A stretch of 63,988 nt of DNA, the filler included, from Octopus bimaculoides (taxonomy: Eukaryota), in assembly GCF_001194135.2 (NCBI RefSeq). It is 5 parts of 5 records of this genome, joined end to end, with 100 filler letters (N's around TTAATTAATTAA, not from the genome) between each part and the next. Parts side by side here need not be neighbours in the genome. Positions count along the whole stretch, not along the records: positions 31,555 to 57,039 come from NC_068999.1; 4 more parts are not named here. One strand, given 5' to 3'. Made by a program: the position numbers and the translations under genes. This document shows, piece by piece, positions 34,737 to 49,252 of this stretch. Below the pieces are notes generated by a model that was not told where the DNA came from, searched no databases, and was given only the letters and a program-made list of their open reading frames with translations. Numbering within the stretch: position 1 is the first letter of the stretch; each line of letters starts with the position of its first letter.

Positions 34737-35768
34737 TTTATTTAGATAGAGCCAAAGCTCATATGCCGTGACTCTGTAACACGGCATATGAGACATTGGT
34801 GGTTATATTCTCTTTGTTTCCAAATGTACACTGAAAGAGCTGTAACGCTTTCTCGTCGGTAATGGCACTTCGAGCCGTTTTACTGGATTTGTTGACTCTT
34901 CAAAATCTGTCTGGTTGGCACAAATGTATCATATTCACGTATTTCTACAGGAGACACCAGCCAGGTATAAAATACTTTACTCACCAAATTTTACCTGTGT
35001 CGGAGTTGTGCGAATCGCAGCCACTACCTGACTGACTCCATTGTGTATCTGCTTAGTATTTTCCCATTATGGCTTTTGATGAAGTTAGACGTGCTTGTGT
35101 GCAACTGTTATTCACATGATTATCTTCTTGCATAAATTATGGAATCTATGTGTATCTATGGAAGTGTGTACTTATGCGTATATACATACATANNNNNNNN
35201 NNTATATATATGTATGTATATATGTATGTGTATGCATACATACGCACATGCATACATTATGAATATATATGTATGCATAGATGCATATATAAAACGTACA
35301 CGGCTGCAATCTGTTGCATCACTTTTCAAAGTTACCATGAATTATCGTCTCTTTAGGCAATATTTTTTTCTTTAATTTTAATTCATTTGATAATTATACT
35401 CCACAGCATGCATTGAGTGCTTTTTATTGCGTCTCTCAGAAAACAATACGAACGCACGCACGCACACACATACATATATAGATAAATGCACACACACACA
35501 CACACAGATATGTATACATGCATATATATATATTTGTATATACATTTATATATATGTATATATATACATATATATATACATACTTACATATGTACATAAA
35601 TATATATACACATTTATACATATGTATATATGGATATACATATATGTATATGTTACATATATGTATATGTTACATATATGTATATATTACATATATACAT
35701 ACATATATAAATATATATACATACACACACACATATATATATATATATATACATACATATATTCGTAT

Positions 35769-35822
<54 letters not shown>

Positions 35823-36214
35823 ATTTTTTAATATCTTTGTTCTTGTTGTTCTGTTTTTGTTTTTTTTTGTTGTTTTTTTGATTTCACAAGCTAATTCTGT
35901 CTCCGCTTACATATACACATACGTATAGACACTCATACATACATAAACACACGCAAACATGCACGCGTACATGCATTTACACATACACATCTACAGACGT
36001 GCATTCATACGTGCATGTAGGTATCCGTGCCTACCTACGCACATGCGCATATATATATACATAGACACAACCACATACACACACACACACACACTTAAGA
36101 ACACATACATACACACACACACACTTACATATGTATGTACGTGTGTGTATATTTATTGAACGGTACCCCCGTAGCTCTCGTTATTGTTGTACCTGCTGTT
36201 ACTGCTGCTGCTGC

Positions 36215-36249
<35 letters not shown>

Positions 36250-36594
36250 TCTTGAATAAGTGACATTTAACGTGTTGTTATGATACAGAAATAATTGTCA
36301 AAAAATAGATTCTGGAACGAAACAGAAAATAAAAGCGTAAACAAAGAAAAGAAAAGAAAGAAAAAAGGAAAGAAAGAAAGAAAGAAAGAAAGAAAGAGAG
36401 AAAGGAAAACGGCAAGTGAGAAGGAAAGAGAAAAGCAAAGAACGGTCGTGAGACGGGGAAAAATACAGACGGAAAGGAAATAAAAGATACAAAGAAACAG
36501 GGAAATGCACAGACAATGACTAAAATAACAACAACAACAACAACAACAACAATGGCAATTATGACGATAACAATAACACTACTACTACTACTAC

Positions 36595-36638
<44 letters not shown>

Positions 36639-37575
36639 TTTGTAATATTGATAATGAAATGACTGACTGCTACAAAGTGAGAGTGTGAACTTATAACAAA
36701 ATGTAAATGAAACAAAAACAAAACGAAAAACAAAAAACAAAAACACAAGCAAAGAAAAGAAGTCAGAAAAAGCTGAAGACGAGGAAGAGAATTGGGTAAG
36801 AATGAATTGGATTTCTTTGAGTTGAATAAAAGAATTCTTGGACCGGAAAATATATTGGTGGAAAATTCCTATTTAATTGGGAAGCTCAGTGCCATCGAAG
36901 AACTATTTAACACTTTCGTAATTGGCATGCTTTCCAAGGTTCTTATCCATATTCTTTTATTCTTTGCGTTTATTGTTTGCGTATGTGTGTTTTTCTTCTT
37001 TTGTCTTTGCTTTTTTGTAGTCGACTAAGTTGAATTCTGGCCATGCTGAGACATTGGTAACACATGGGTTTAGGTAAAGAATTTCAATATCTGGATGAAG
37101 TGTGTGTGGGTGGGGATGGATTTTCAAAATTTTGTGGATTCAGTTCTTTCCCTTTGGCTAAAACATTTGTTAAAAAAAAAATATTCTTTGATTGAATGCC
37201 ACGCATCCATTTCCAAGTAAGTTTATCTATGTGTGTGTATGTGTGTGTATGTNNNNNNNNNNNNNNNNNNNNNNNNNNNNNNNNNNNNNNNNNNNNNNNN
37301 NNNNNNNNNNNNNNNNNNNNNNNNNNNNNNNNNNNNNNNNNNNNNNNNNNNNNNNNNNNNNNNNNNNNNNNNNNNNNNNNNNNNNNNNNNNNNNNNNNNN
37401 NNNNNNNNNNNNNNNCACACATGTATATATCGTTTCGTGTCTAAAATGATATTTTTAATGCCATCCTGCTCTTCTTTTTTTTTTTGTTGCACTATTTCTT
37501 AAATCATCCAATCAGAAAAGGAAATAATTTAGCGATAAGAATAACGCCCGGAAGAAGAGGACAGAGGCGATGATA

Positions 37576-37618
<43 letters not shown>

Positions 37619-38170
37619 GGGCGACGGTTGCAATACTGGTTGATGATTATGGTGATGAGCGTGATTATGCTGCTGCTGATGCTACTGATAACAATACAAT
37701 GATAATGATGTGTGTGATGGTACTGCCAGTGGTAAAGCAAGTATTTTCATTACCCTGGGGCAATGACACACCTACTGGCCATCTCCCGCCCCCACTACAA
37801 TCTTAATTAACAGACAAGATATGTTAGAGGGTATTTTGTGCCCTTCCATGCCACCGCTGCTGGCTCTTTGGTATATCCTCGTCCTCCTTTTGCAATGCTT
37901 CCGGGTTATGTTTGCTGTGATGGTTGTGAGGTTGGTGTTGTTGATGATGATGATGTTGTTGCTGTTGTTGGTGGTGGTGGTGTTTGTAGTGGTGGTGGTG
38001 GTGGTGGTGGTGGTGGTGATGGTAGCGATAATGAAGCATCACTCATCTCTCTCCGCTTCCCCCCTCCCCAAACCGCATGAACTTCCTCTTGCGATATTCA
38101 AGACTCAATTTATGAATTCCGTTACGAAGAGGAAGAGACGAATAAAAAGAAAGAAGGAAAATAGAAAATA

Positions 38171-38205
<35 letters not shown>

Positions 38206-38712
38206 AGAAGAAGAAGAAGAAGAAGAAGAAGAAGAAGAAGAAGAAGAAGAAGAAGAAGAAGAAGAAGAAGAAGAAGAAGAACAAGAAGAAGAAGAAGAAG
38301 AAGAAGAAGAAGAAGAAGAAGAAGAAGAAGACATCCATCCTAATTAGATTATCACATTTTAAACAGGAGCAACAACAACCACTTCCATCATTACTACCCC
38401 ACACTCTCCACCACCAAAACCACCGACATTCACTGAAAACAATAACAGCCACGACCATCACTAAGGGTTACAGTAACAATTGCCATTAAGAAATAGTAAA
38501 ATAAGCGAATCTTATCGAAGACACACATTATTACACACATACACCCCCCCCCATATACATGTACACAATCGCACATGCGCACATGCACACACATGCACAC
38601 GCGCACACACAAACACGCACATACATAATACATATACACACATATATACACTTACATGCAAAAATCTCTACAGATATATATATATACATATATAAACACA
38701 TACATATATACA

Positions 38713-38752
<40 letters not shown>

Positions 38753-38902
38753 TATATACGCACACGTTTTGTGTGTGAGTGTGTGTGTATACAACTTCCT
38801 TTCCAAACAATAATAATATATTGTTGTTATTAAAACCATTGTTATTAACATTATCAATATAAACATAACAATGAATATGATAGCAGCAGCAGCAGCAGCA
38901 CC

Positions 38903-38953
<51 letters not shown>

Positions 38954-39158
38954 AATAATAATAATAATAATGATAGCAACAGCAACTGTGAATTAATGGA
39001 TAAATAAAGAAAAGGAAACAATATGGCGGCCACGATATTTCATTCAGTGAAAACAATATGGCGACACTTGTTCAATTAATTTAATATCTGAAGCAGAATA
39101 TAATGTTATCGATGTAATCATATTTGAAGGAAGGTAAAGGAACGCGGCTCGCGCGTGC

Positions 39159-39213
<55 letters not shown>

Positions 39214-39912
39214 TGTGTGTGTGTGTGTGTAATGGTGTTTGCGCCGGGCGGTGGTAAGGGGTTCGGGGGAGAAACTATCCCTCCTACCCGGATTTTTACC
39301 AATAGACCTCGACTACGGGTGGTTAAGTTTGTGTTTGAATAATCCTGTTAAAATTGATATCACAGCAACAACAACAACAACAACAACAACAACATTACCG
39401 GCAATAACAGCAACACGAATATTTACAAAGAACAATAACAGAGGCAAAATTAAAACGATAAAAGATAAGGGTTACATCATCATCATCATCATCACCGTTG
39501 TCATCATCACTAACAACAATAACAGGGAGGAGAGGGGAGGAGGAAAAGGATGAGCAGCAACGGCAGCAGCAGCAGTAGCAGAAGAAGAAGAAGAAGAAGA
39601 AGAAGAAGAAGAAGAAGAAGAAGAAGAAGAAGAAGAAGATAAGAGAAAAGAACAACAACAAGAGGAGAAAAGGAAGAAGAAACAACAACAGGAACCACAG
39701 CAATAAGAACAACAACGTCGACTACCGCCATATCAGGTACAGCAGCAGCAACAACATCTTCAAGAAAACAACAACAACAACTAAAATAACATTTATTAAA
39801 AAAAAAAAGTAAAATTACATACAACAACATGAACAACAATATTTGTATGAAATTCTTTCTTGCTTTCGTTCCATCTCCTAAAAGAATGCTTGACATGCTA
39901 AAACTATGGAAT

Positions 39913-39948
<36 letters not shown>

Positions 39949-40620
39949 AATAATAATAATAATAATAATAATATAACAAATAAATGTGCAATAAAATAAA
40001 ATAAAGTCTACAAGAATGTTATTTTTTCTCAAAACAAAACTAATATTGAAGTAAAAGCGAAAGATTACCATTTCTTGGAATAATTTCTGGGAATAATGTA
40101 TTTTAATCTTAGTGAAATTAACCATTTTTAAAAAACTTGTCATGTTTTATGGGAGTGGGTAGCAGTAGTGGCGTCGGTGGGGGTGGTCACCGCCGCCATA
40201 TCACCCTCCTCCGCCACTCCCCCCCTTCAGACATTATGTTCTTGCGCTCAACGTTTCCCGTTATTGCTAAATTTGAAAAAAAAAAAATTCATTTTTGAAA
40301 TTCAAATTTCTTTCAACGACATCACATGATCGCTTGTTATTGTTGTTGTTGTTGTTGTTGTTGTTGCTGTGGCTGTTGTTGTTTTATGTTACTCTTGTCG
40401 CAGAAATCGATGTAACACCTCCACTTTTTCTGTGCATGTCATTGTTTCGTGGTTTTAGTTCTTTTTTTTAAAATTTTGTAATGTTCTCTTTTTTCATGCT
40501 TACCCTTGTGGCAAATAAAGAAATTATTACTAATATCATCTTAATTAATACTATTAATAGAAATTCTACTAGAATTATTATTATAATTCTTTTATTATTG
40601 TTGTTATAATAATAATAGTC

Positions 40621-40880
40621 TTATTTTTATCACGTGTTTTCACTGCACCACAGAGCGCAGTTCTGTGTGCCTTGGGTATGTGCTCTGCGTTGTTTTGGTG
40701 TTGTTATTTTTCACTGTATTTTAAGTACTTTCCATAGACTACGCGCTGTGCCACACTACTATTTTCCGTATGTTATACATATGTGTTTGTGCGTTTTAAG
40801 AGGCCACATCTTTTGTATTTCAATTTTCAGGTCCTTATATTTACTTAATTTGTCAAATTCCTTTACAAATATAGTTTAGT
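40621..40880 (-). pseudogene. R4/Dong-clade (RLE) non-LTR element 3' end, older copy with internal deletion
   Basis: KEFDKLSKYKDLKIEIQKMWPLKT, then a 3' UTR ending cacgtgataaaaataa. It is embedded in (TAA)n. Confidence 0.75.
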
Positions 40881-40891
40881 ATTTTTTATAC

Positions 40892-40958
<67 letters not shown>

Positions 40959-41138
40959 GATTTGACCCAGGCTCAGTTTTAATCCTGGTAAAATTTATGT
41001 GGGTAGCGGGTTACCACTAGCTTTCAATAGTCTTTCAAGTACTTAGAAATTTCCTGGTAATCTTTCCTGTCCTGAAGAGGCAAACTTTATGAAGAAGCTC
41101 TACAGGACATTCTATTCCAATCTCCGTCAACCATTTGT

Positions 41139-41195
<57 letters not shown>

Positions 41196-41223
41196 TTATT
41201 ATTATTATTATTATCCAGTAGGC

Positions 41224-41695
<472 letters not shown>

Positions 41696-42430
41696 TATTA
41701 TTACTGTTGTTGTTGTTGCTGCTGCTGCTGCTGCTGTTGATGTTTTAGTATTATTATCATCATTACTGTTAATAATGTGTTATATTTAGTATCTTCTTTA
41801 TTATTTTCATTAGTATTATAATTACTAACATCATTATCTTTATTAACATAATTACTTTTTCGTTGCTATTATTATCATTATCATCATCATCATCATCAAT
41901 ACTACTACTACTATCTTCATCATCATCATCATCATCACCACCATCTTCATCCTTGTCATCATCATCATCATCATCATCATCATCACCATCCTCATCCTCA
42001 TCATCATTATGTTAATGATATCGCCATTACAGTTTTCTTTAACTACATTTTAACACGAGAACACAAACAGGAAGGTTCTATTGTTGTTACACAAGCAAAA
42101 GTTTGTTTCTGTTGAGTTCTAAAGCGATGCAATGGCGCTACCATGTGTGTGCAAAGGAAACCGCTGATAAGGAAACATTATAGAAAAATTTAACGAGTTA
42201 AGCATGAATCAGCGGCAAGTGATGTAATTATGCGTAAATATATATAGGGGAATAAATAACGATAAAAGAATGAGCCGATTCTTTCAAATGAAATGTTAAA
42301 TTGGCTTCCTTGATGAGATATATACAGTTGATATGACACAGGCAAAGTTCTCAGGAGGTGGAGGAGAAGGCGAAGACGAAAACCTGAAGGAGGTGGAGAA
42401 GGAGACGAAATAATAATAATAATAATAATA

Positions 42431-42474
<44 letters not shown>

Positions 42475-42761
42475 GATAAGAAGAAGAAGAAAAAGAAGAA
42501 GAAGAAGAAGAAGAAGAAGAAGAAGAAGAAGAAGAAGAAGAAGAAGAAGAANNNNNNNNNNNNNNNNNNNNNNNNNNNNNNNNNNNNNNNNNNNNNNNNN
42601 NNNNNNNNNNNNNNNNNNNNNNNNNNNNNNNNNNNNNNNNNNNNNNNNNNNNNNNNNNNNNNNNNNNNNNNNNNNNNNNNNNNNNNNNNNNNNNNNNNNN
42701 NNNNNNNNNNNNNNNNNNNNNNNNNNNNNNNNNNNNNNNNNNNNNNNNNNNNNNNNNNNTG

Positions 42762-42832
<71 letters not shown>

Positions 42833-43335
42833 AAGAAGAAGAAGAAGAAGAAGAAGAAGAAGAAGAAGAAGAAGAAGAAGAAGAAGAAGAAGAAGAAGAA
42901 AGAATTCATGATAGCAAACGTTTTATATATTTACCTTGAAAGTATTGGAAAGGAGAGGACGATGGAGGGTAGGCTGAAGGTGATGAGGATAATGAAGGCA
43001 GAAGTGTGTGTGTGCGTGTGTGTGTGTGTGTGTGTGTGGTGATAATTGTGTTAGTGATAATAGTGGCGGTGGTGGCGTTAATGATGTTTCTATTGATTGT
43101 TTAACGATAACAACGGTGGTGGTGATGACGGTCGTGATGATGATGGTGGTGGTGGTGGTGGTGATGATGATGATGAAGATGATGATGATGATACTAATAT
43201 TTTGTAATTTAGGTACAAGGCCAGCAATTTTGAGGTGAAGGGAGTTAGTTAAAAGCAGCACATTTAGTGAGGTGCCTCAACATGACCGCAATCCAATGAC
43301 TGGCAGAAGTAAAAAATCACGGATAAATACAAATA

Positions 43336-43732
43336 GAGAAGAAAAGATTGTTTGCCAGCATAACATGGCAATCCTGGTTTAAGACGAATGTTGCTGTAAT
43401 TTAGCCACAGGAGACATCGTCTCCAGCTGGCTATACAACACGATCTGTGTCCTTATATTTTCGAACAAGGGAGTCTAGCACTCCCGCTCAGCTCAAAACA
43501 ATATCTGTGTATCGCGATTACCGGATTATTTCTCTTAATCAGCACAGAATAATCGCGATACACAGATATTGTTTTGAGCTGGGTGGGGGTATTAGATTCC
43601 CTTGTTCGAAAATATAAGGACACAGATCGTGTCATATAGCCAGCTGAAGACGATATCTCCTGGGGTTAAATTACAGCAACATTCGTCCTAAACCGGGACT
43701 GCCATGTTATGTTGGCAAACAATCTTTACTCC
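43336..43732. mobile_element. Roughly 400-bp palindromic element with a decayed hammerhead-like centre
   Basis: Arms 43343-43520 and 43550-43727 are near-perfect reverse complements around a 29-nt loop. The arm sequence is homologous to 59716-60132. Confidence 0.85.
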
Positions 43733-43744
43733 AAAGTACTGAGA

Positions 43745-43848
43745 CCCCCTTCGGTAAATTAAGTACCAGTTGAGTATTGGGGTCGATCTGATCGACTGGC
43801 CCCCTCCCTAAAAATTTCGGGCCTTGTACTTAGAATAGAAAAGAATAT
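43745..43848 (+). mobile_element. SINE family A 3' half
   Basis: cccttcggtaaattaagtaccagttgagtattggggtcgatc...aaatttcgggccttgtacttagaatagaaaagaatatt. Confidence 0.8.
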
Positions 43849-44364
43849 TGTTACAACTGTCATTTCTTATTGAGATTTTCCAACTAGCTACATCATTTAT
43901 GGATATTCTCCTTAAAAAAGAATACAATTGTCATCGAAGTTTCGGCCAGCTGACCCATCGTCGGACAATGGCCGAGACTTCGAAGTCACTGCCTATAATA
44001 TTCTTGTTTATGAACAATAAATTTGTCCTCTACTTAAGTATAGAGTACGTCATCAGATTAATGTCAAAGTGTTTTTATCATAACTGGACGTAAAAAGATA
44101 TTAACATTTACATATATATATATATATACATATATACACATGCACACGAGCATGCACACGCACGTACACGCTCGTACACTCATTTACACAGACACAAATG
44201 CATACGTGCATATATATATCACAAGGAATGTGCAATTAAACATAGATAAAGCCAACAGCTATGACAGTAGACTACACAAAAGAAAATCATAAACGATACA
44301 TTAACAGTATGCAGTCTGCACACGACAATCTCTAGAGATAATATATTTCGCTAAACGGCTATAT

Positions 44365-44406
<42 letters not shown>

Positions 44407-44724
44407 TTTGGCTCAGCAGAAGCAGTCGCAATTGGGGGTATATAGGCAATTTACGAAACTATGCACCCGGGTAGATATTTGAAGATTGGCAGGTAGAGTG
44501 GTTAGGTAGAAGTGAAGATGGTAGAGGCGGGTGTCAGGAAGTGGGGTGGGTCGAGACAAGGCTGGCTGGGTGAGATGTTCAATGATGCTATGCGATATGT
44601 GTCTAAATATGTGAGATGCCAGATAGAAGAAATACGATGGACGGTTAGAATGACATGACAACGTGACATCTAGTTGACGAGGATTCTTCGGTTACTATGT
44701 GTATATATGTATGTATGTGTTTAT

Positions 44725-44945
44725 ATTCTTTTATTTGTTTTAGTCATTTGACTGCGGCCATGCTGGAGCACTGCCTTTAGTCGAACAAATCGACCCCAGG
44801 ACTTACTCTTTGCAAGCCTCGTACTTATTCTATCGGTCTCTTTTGTTAAACAGCTATGTTACGGGGACGTAAACACACCAGCATCGGTTGTCAAGTGACG
44901 GGTGGGGTGGGGGACAAACACACGCGCACAAACATATACACACAT
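44725..44945 (-). mobile_element. SINE family B 3' half
   Basis: gtcatttgactgcggccatgctggagcac...gtacttattctatcgg...ttacggggacgtaaacacaccagcatcggttgtcaag. Confidence 0.9.
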
Positions 44946-44958
44946 ACATATATGTATG

Positions 44959-44999
<41 letters not shown>

Positions 45000-45503
45000 N
45001 NNNNNNNNNNNNNNNNNNNNNNNNNNNNNNNNNNNNNNNNNNNNNNNNNNNNNNNNNNNNNNNNNNNNNNNNNNNNNNNNNNNNNNNNNNNNNNNNNNNN
45101 NNNNNNNNNNNNNNNNNNNNNNNNNNNNNNNNNNNNNNNNNNNNNNNNNNNNNNNNNNNNNNNNNNNNNNNNNNNNNNNNNNNNNNNNNNNNNNNNNNNN
45201 NNNNNNNNNNNNNNNNNNNNNNNNNNNNNNNNNNNNNNNNNNNNNNNNNNNNNNNNNNNNNNNNNNNNNNNNNNNNNNNNNNNNNNNNNNNNNNNNNNNN
45301 NNNNNNNNNNNNNNNNNNNNNNNNNNNNNNNNNNNNNNNNNNNNNNNNNNNNNNNNNNNNNNNNNNNNNNNNNNNNNNNNNNNNNNNNNNNNNNNNNNNN
45401 NNNNNNNNNNNNNNNNNNNNNNNNNNNNNNNNNNNNNNNNNNNNNNNNNNNNNNNNNNNNNNNNNNNNNNNNNNNNNNNNNNNNNNNNNNNNNNNNNNNN
45501 NNN

Positions 45504-45541
<38 letters not shown>

Positions 45542-46155
45542 TTATATATACATATATATATATATTAATATACATATATATTATTAATATTCATGTATAC
45601 ACACGCATTAATATGCATGTGTGTATGCATGTATGTATGTATGTAGGTATGTATGTATGTATGTATGTATGTAGGTAGGTAGGTAGGTAGGTAAGAAGGT
45701 ACGTAGGTAAGAATATAGGTAGATATATATACGCCCGTTTAGTAAAATGCATTATCTCTAGAGAGTGTCGTATGCAGATTGCAGATTGCACATTGCAATT
45801 GTACCGTTTTCTATTTTTTGTGGTGCAGTCTACTGACACAGCTGTTGGCTGTGTCTATGTTTAATTGCACATTCCTTGCGATAGATTATGTATGTGTGTG
45901 TCCGTATGTATGCATTACATACACATATTTGTATAACCATATTTGTATATACATACACATATATGTATATTCATATACATATATATGTATATTTATATAC
46001 ATATATATGTATATATTTATATACATATATATATTTATATGCATATATATGTATATATTATATACATACAAATATATACATATATTTATGTATATATATA
46101 TATATATATATNNNNNNNNNNNNNNNNNNNNNNNNNNNNNNNNNNNNNNNNNNNN

Positions 46156-46215
<60 letters not shown>

Positions 46216-46954
46216 CTGACAGATGGATAGACAAATGATAGATAGACCGAGGTGCGAGCGTGCGTGTTTGATATACAAGTGCAGCTCGAAGGAAAAATGA
46301 CGAAATATCTCCAGGATCGTAATTTGAAATCAGTACAAGAGTATCTGTAAGTAATTAAAATATTTGATAGAGTGAGTATTATTATTATTATTATTAGATT
46401 TATAAACATAATTAGCATATTTAATGTATTCAGTGATTAACACCGGCGTAGATTACTCACAAACGCCATCTGCTTGCAGTTATGTGAGACGGTGCCAGAT
46501 TGGAAACCGAATCTACGTTTTCATAGTTCAAAAGATTCCAGGAGAATGGAAATCACAACTAAATTAGGCTGTAGAACTGTTTACCATTTTATCTACAGTT
46601 ATTCTGAAACAGTTTCTCTTACACACACACACACACACACACGTAAATATATATATATATATGTGAGTATATGTATATATATTTGTATATATNNNNNNNN
46701 NNNNNNNNNNNNNNNNNNNNNNNNNNNNNNNNNNNNNNNNNNNNNNNNNNNNNNNNNNNNNNNNNNNNNNNNNNNNNNNNNNNNNNNNNNNNNNNNNNNN
46801 NNNNNNNNNNNNNNNNNNNNNNNNNNNNNNNNNNNNNNNNNNNNNNNNNNNNNNNNNNNNNNNNNNNNNNNNNNNNNNNNNNNNNNNNNNNNNNNNNNNN
46901 NNNNNNNNNNNNNNNNNNNNNNNNNNNNNNNNNNNNNNNNNNNNNNNNNNNNNN

Positions 46955-47002
<48 letters not shown>

Positions 47003-48607
47003 ATACATATATACATACATACATACATACATACATACATGTCTTCTGACTTTGCACGTGTAGGTTGCTTTTTATTTATCTTCGAAGCTCTCAGAGAATC
47101 TACGCTTCTCGACTATTCCTTTTCACGTGTTATGTCTCTAATTAAAGCACGTTCATAATTAGTGTGATATGCATAATTTTGTTTATTTAATTTTTAAACA
47201 TTATTTTTTCATTTTACACTATTCTACCGCGTACCGTTTCCTCTCCATCATAACCGCAGACCATACGCAGTTCTTATCTTTCAATTTTCGGAATGGAAAT
47301 CAGATTCGTGCTGGACGACCAAACCAGAAACGGGTTATTAGTCACCCGTGGGTACCATCCGATACGTTTAGGTAGATCAAGAATAAATAAGAACAGCTCA
47401 ATACTCACTCACACCTATCTGCCCTAACCTCTGAATAACCCTTCGTTGTTCTTCAGCCTCAGGTCCACACTCTCTGAACACCTCTATGATCTAAATTGTT
47501 CTTGCCACGACAATCCCGCTAGTTTTTCAGTGTTTCAAGGACTGCACCACCTCGCATCCTTCCTGGTTGAACACAATATGATGTGATTTAACAGAAATCC
47601 AGTTAACAGTTTTAGCTGGGTCAGTGACTACGCAGAGGTTGCCTCTTAAAGGTGATGATTCAAACTAAATCGACCGCTGCCCCATGATAGGTCGCCAGTC
47701 TATTTTAAGTGAATTTCCCTTTCCCATATGATCTCGTAATAATATATATATATATATACTCCTACAAAGCCAGGAGTTGGTACGGTGATCTCGAACTCAT
47801 GACTTCAAGGCCTGTGGTAGCAACACTTTATCCTGGGATTAAATAGCAGCAGTAACATCAACAGTAGCAGCGAGAACAACAACAACAACAACAATAACAG
47901 TGACAGGAGTTGCAGCTACAGCAGTAGCAATAGCAAGCACAACGCGATGGCCACGATTGGAACAGTTTTGATCCTGGCTTGATCCGATCTGAACAAAGAA
48001 CTGATCAATAACAACAACAACAACAACAACGGAATGGTCATGGGTTGAGTAACTTGACCGTAGGTCAGTCTGGACCAGGTCTGACCAGGGGCGAAACAAC
48101 AACAACAACAACAACAACAACAGTAGCAGCAGTAGAAAGTCGAGTGAACGGTAGATTAAGCAGTAAATGGTTCATTATTAGGAAGGAAGGGAGGGAGGAA
48201 NNNNNNNNNNNNNNNNNNNNNNNNNNNNNNNNNNNNNNNNNNNNNNNNNNNNNNNNNNNNNNNNNNNNNNNNNNNNNNNNNNNNNNNNNNNNNNNNNNNN
48301 NNNNNNNNNNNNNNNNNNNNNNNNNNNNNNNNNNNNNNNNNNNNNNNNNNNNNNNNNNNNNNNNNNNNNNNNNNNNNNNNNGAAAGAACGGAAGGGAAGG
48401 GAAGGGAAGGAGGGAGGAGGGCTGGAATAGCGTGGAAGAGGTGATTAATTAGATCTACTTTATTACAAGATATCCAGGTAATTAAGGGTGGATAATTAAC
48501 AAACAACAGTGCAGAAGGGAAAAAAAGTACAGAAACATAGATTACATAACGCCACACACATACACACGCACACACACGCGTATCAGCACACACCGACATA
48601 TTAGCAT

Positions 48608-48668
<61 letters not shown>

Positions 48669-48922
48669 AACAGACATACACAGAGACATGCTACTAACAA
48701 GCATACGAACATATACACAGACAAACATACACTGACATACACATACACACACAAACACACACCTACACATCATCACATGCATACACATACAGGCACGAGT
48801 GCAGTCATATCACCATGAATACTAACACCACCACCACCACCACCGCATACCCCCCCCCGCCCACAATCTCTACTGCTCCCACTCTAACATTATCACCATT
48901 ACAACTTTCACCACCACCACTA

Positions 48923-48976
<54 letters not shown>

Positions 48977-48999
48977 GTAATAATAATAATGATGATGAT

Positions 49000-49252
49000 G
49001 AATGCCCTGATGCATTACCAGGCATTGGCTCTCATGGCTTCTGATCTTAACTGATTGGAAATGTCATCATTTACATTGTTTTGTCTTGGTATAAAAGATG
49101 GGTCACAGCAAATATTCTGCTCAATACCACAGATTTGCTTGTCAGTTGTTTGACCTTAACCCGGTGAGCATGTCCCTTGGTGGCTGACAATATGGACATC
49201 TCTGATCAGGAGCAGAAGTAGTGGGGGAGCAATCATAGCCATGTGTTGAGAG
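49000..49252. mobile_element. Unclassified interspersed repeat next to (TAA)n
   Basis: gccctgatgcattaccaggcattggctctcatggcttctgatcttaactgattgg... is recalled as a common octopus repeat. There is only one copy in this window, so this is not confirmable here. Confidence 0.35.

Noticed and set aside
36792-37028. 78-aa ORF (GKNELDFFELNKRILGPENILVEN...)
   Set aside because: It has a TTG start, weak splice signals, runs into a low-complexity tail and has no recognisable domain.
41070-41112. tgtcCTGAAGAggc...acaggaca hammerhead-like string
   Set aside because: There is no GAAA or stem III, and it is explained by a simple TGTCCTG/CAGGACA hairpin.
46520-46620. Possible hammerhead remnant (…tattctgaaacagtttctctt)
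   Set aside because: No recognisable CUGANGA core.
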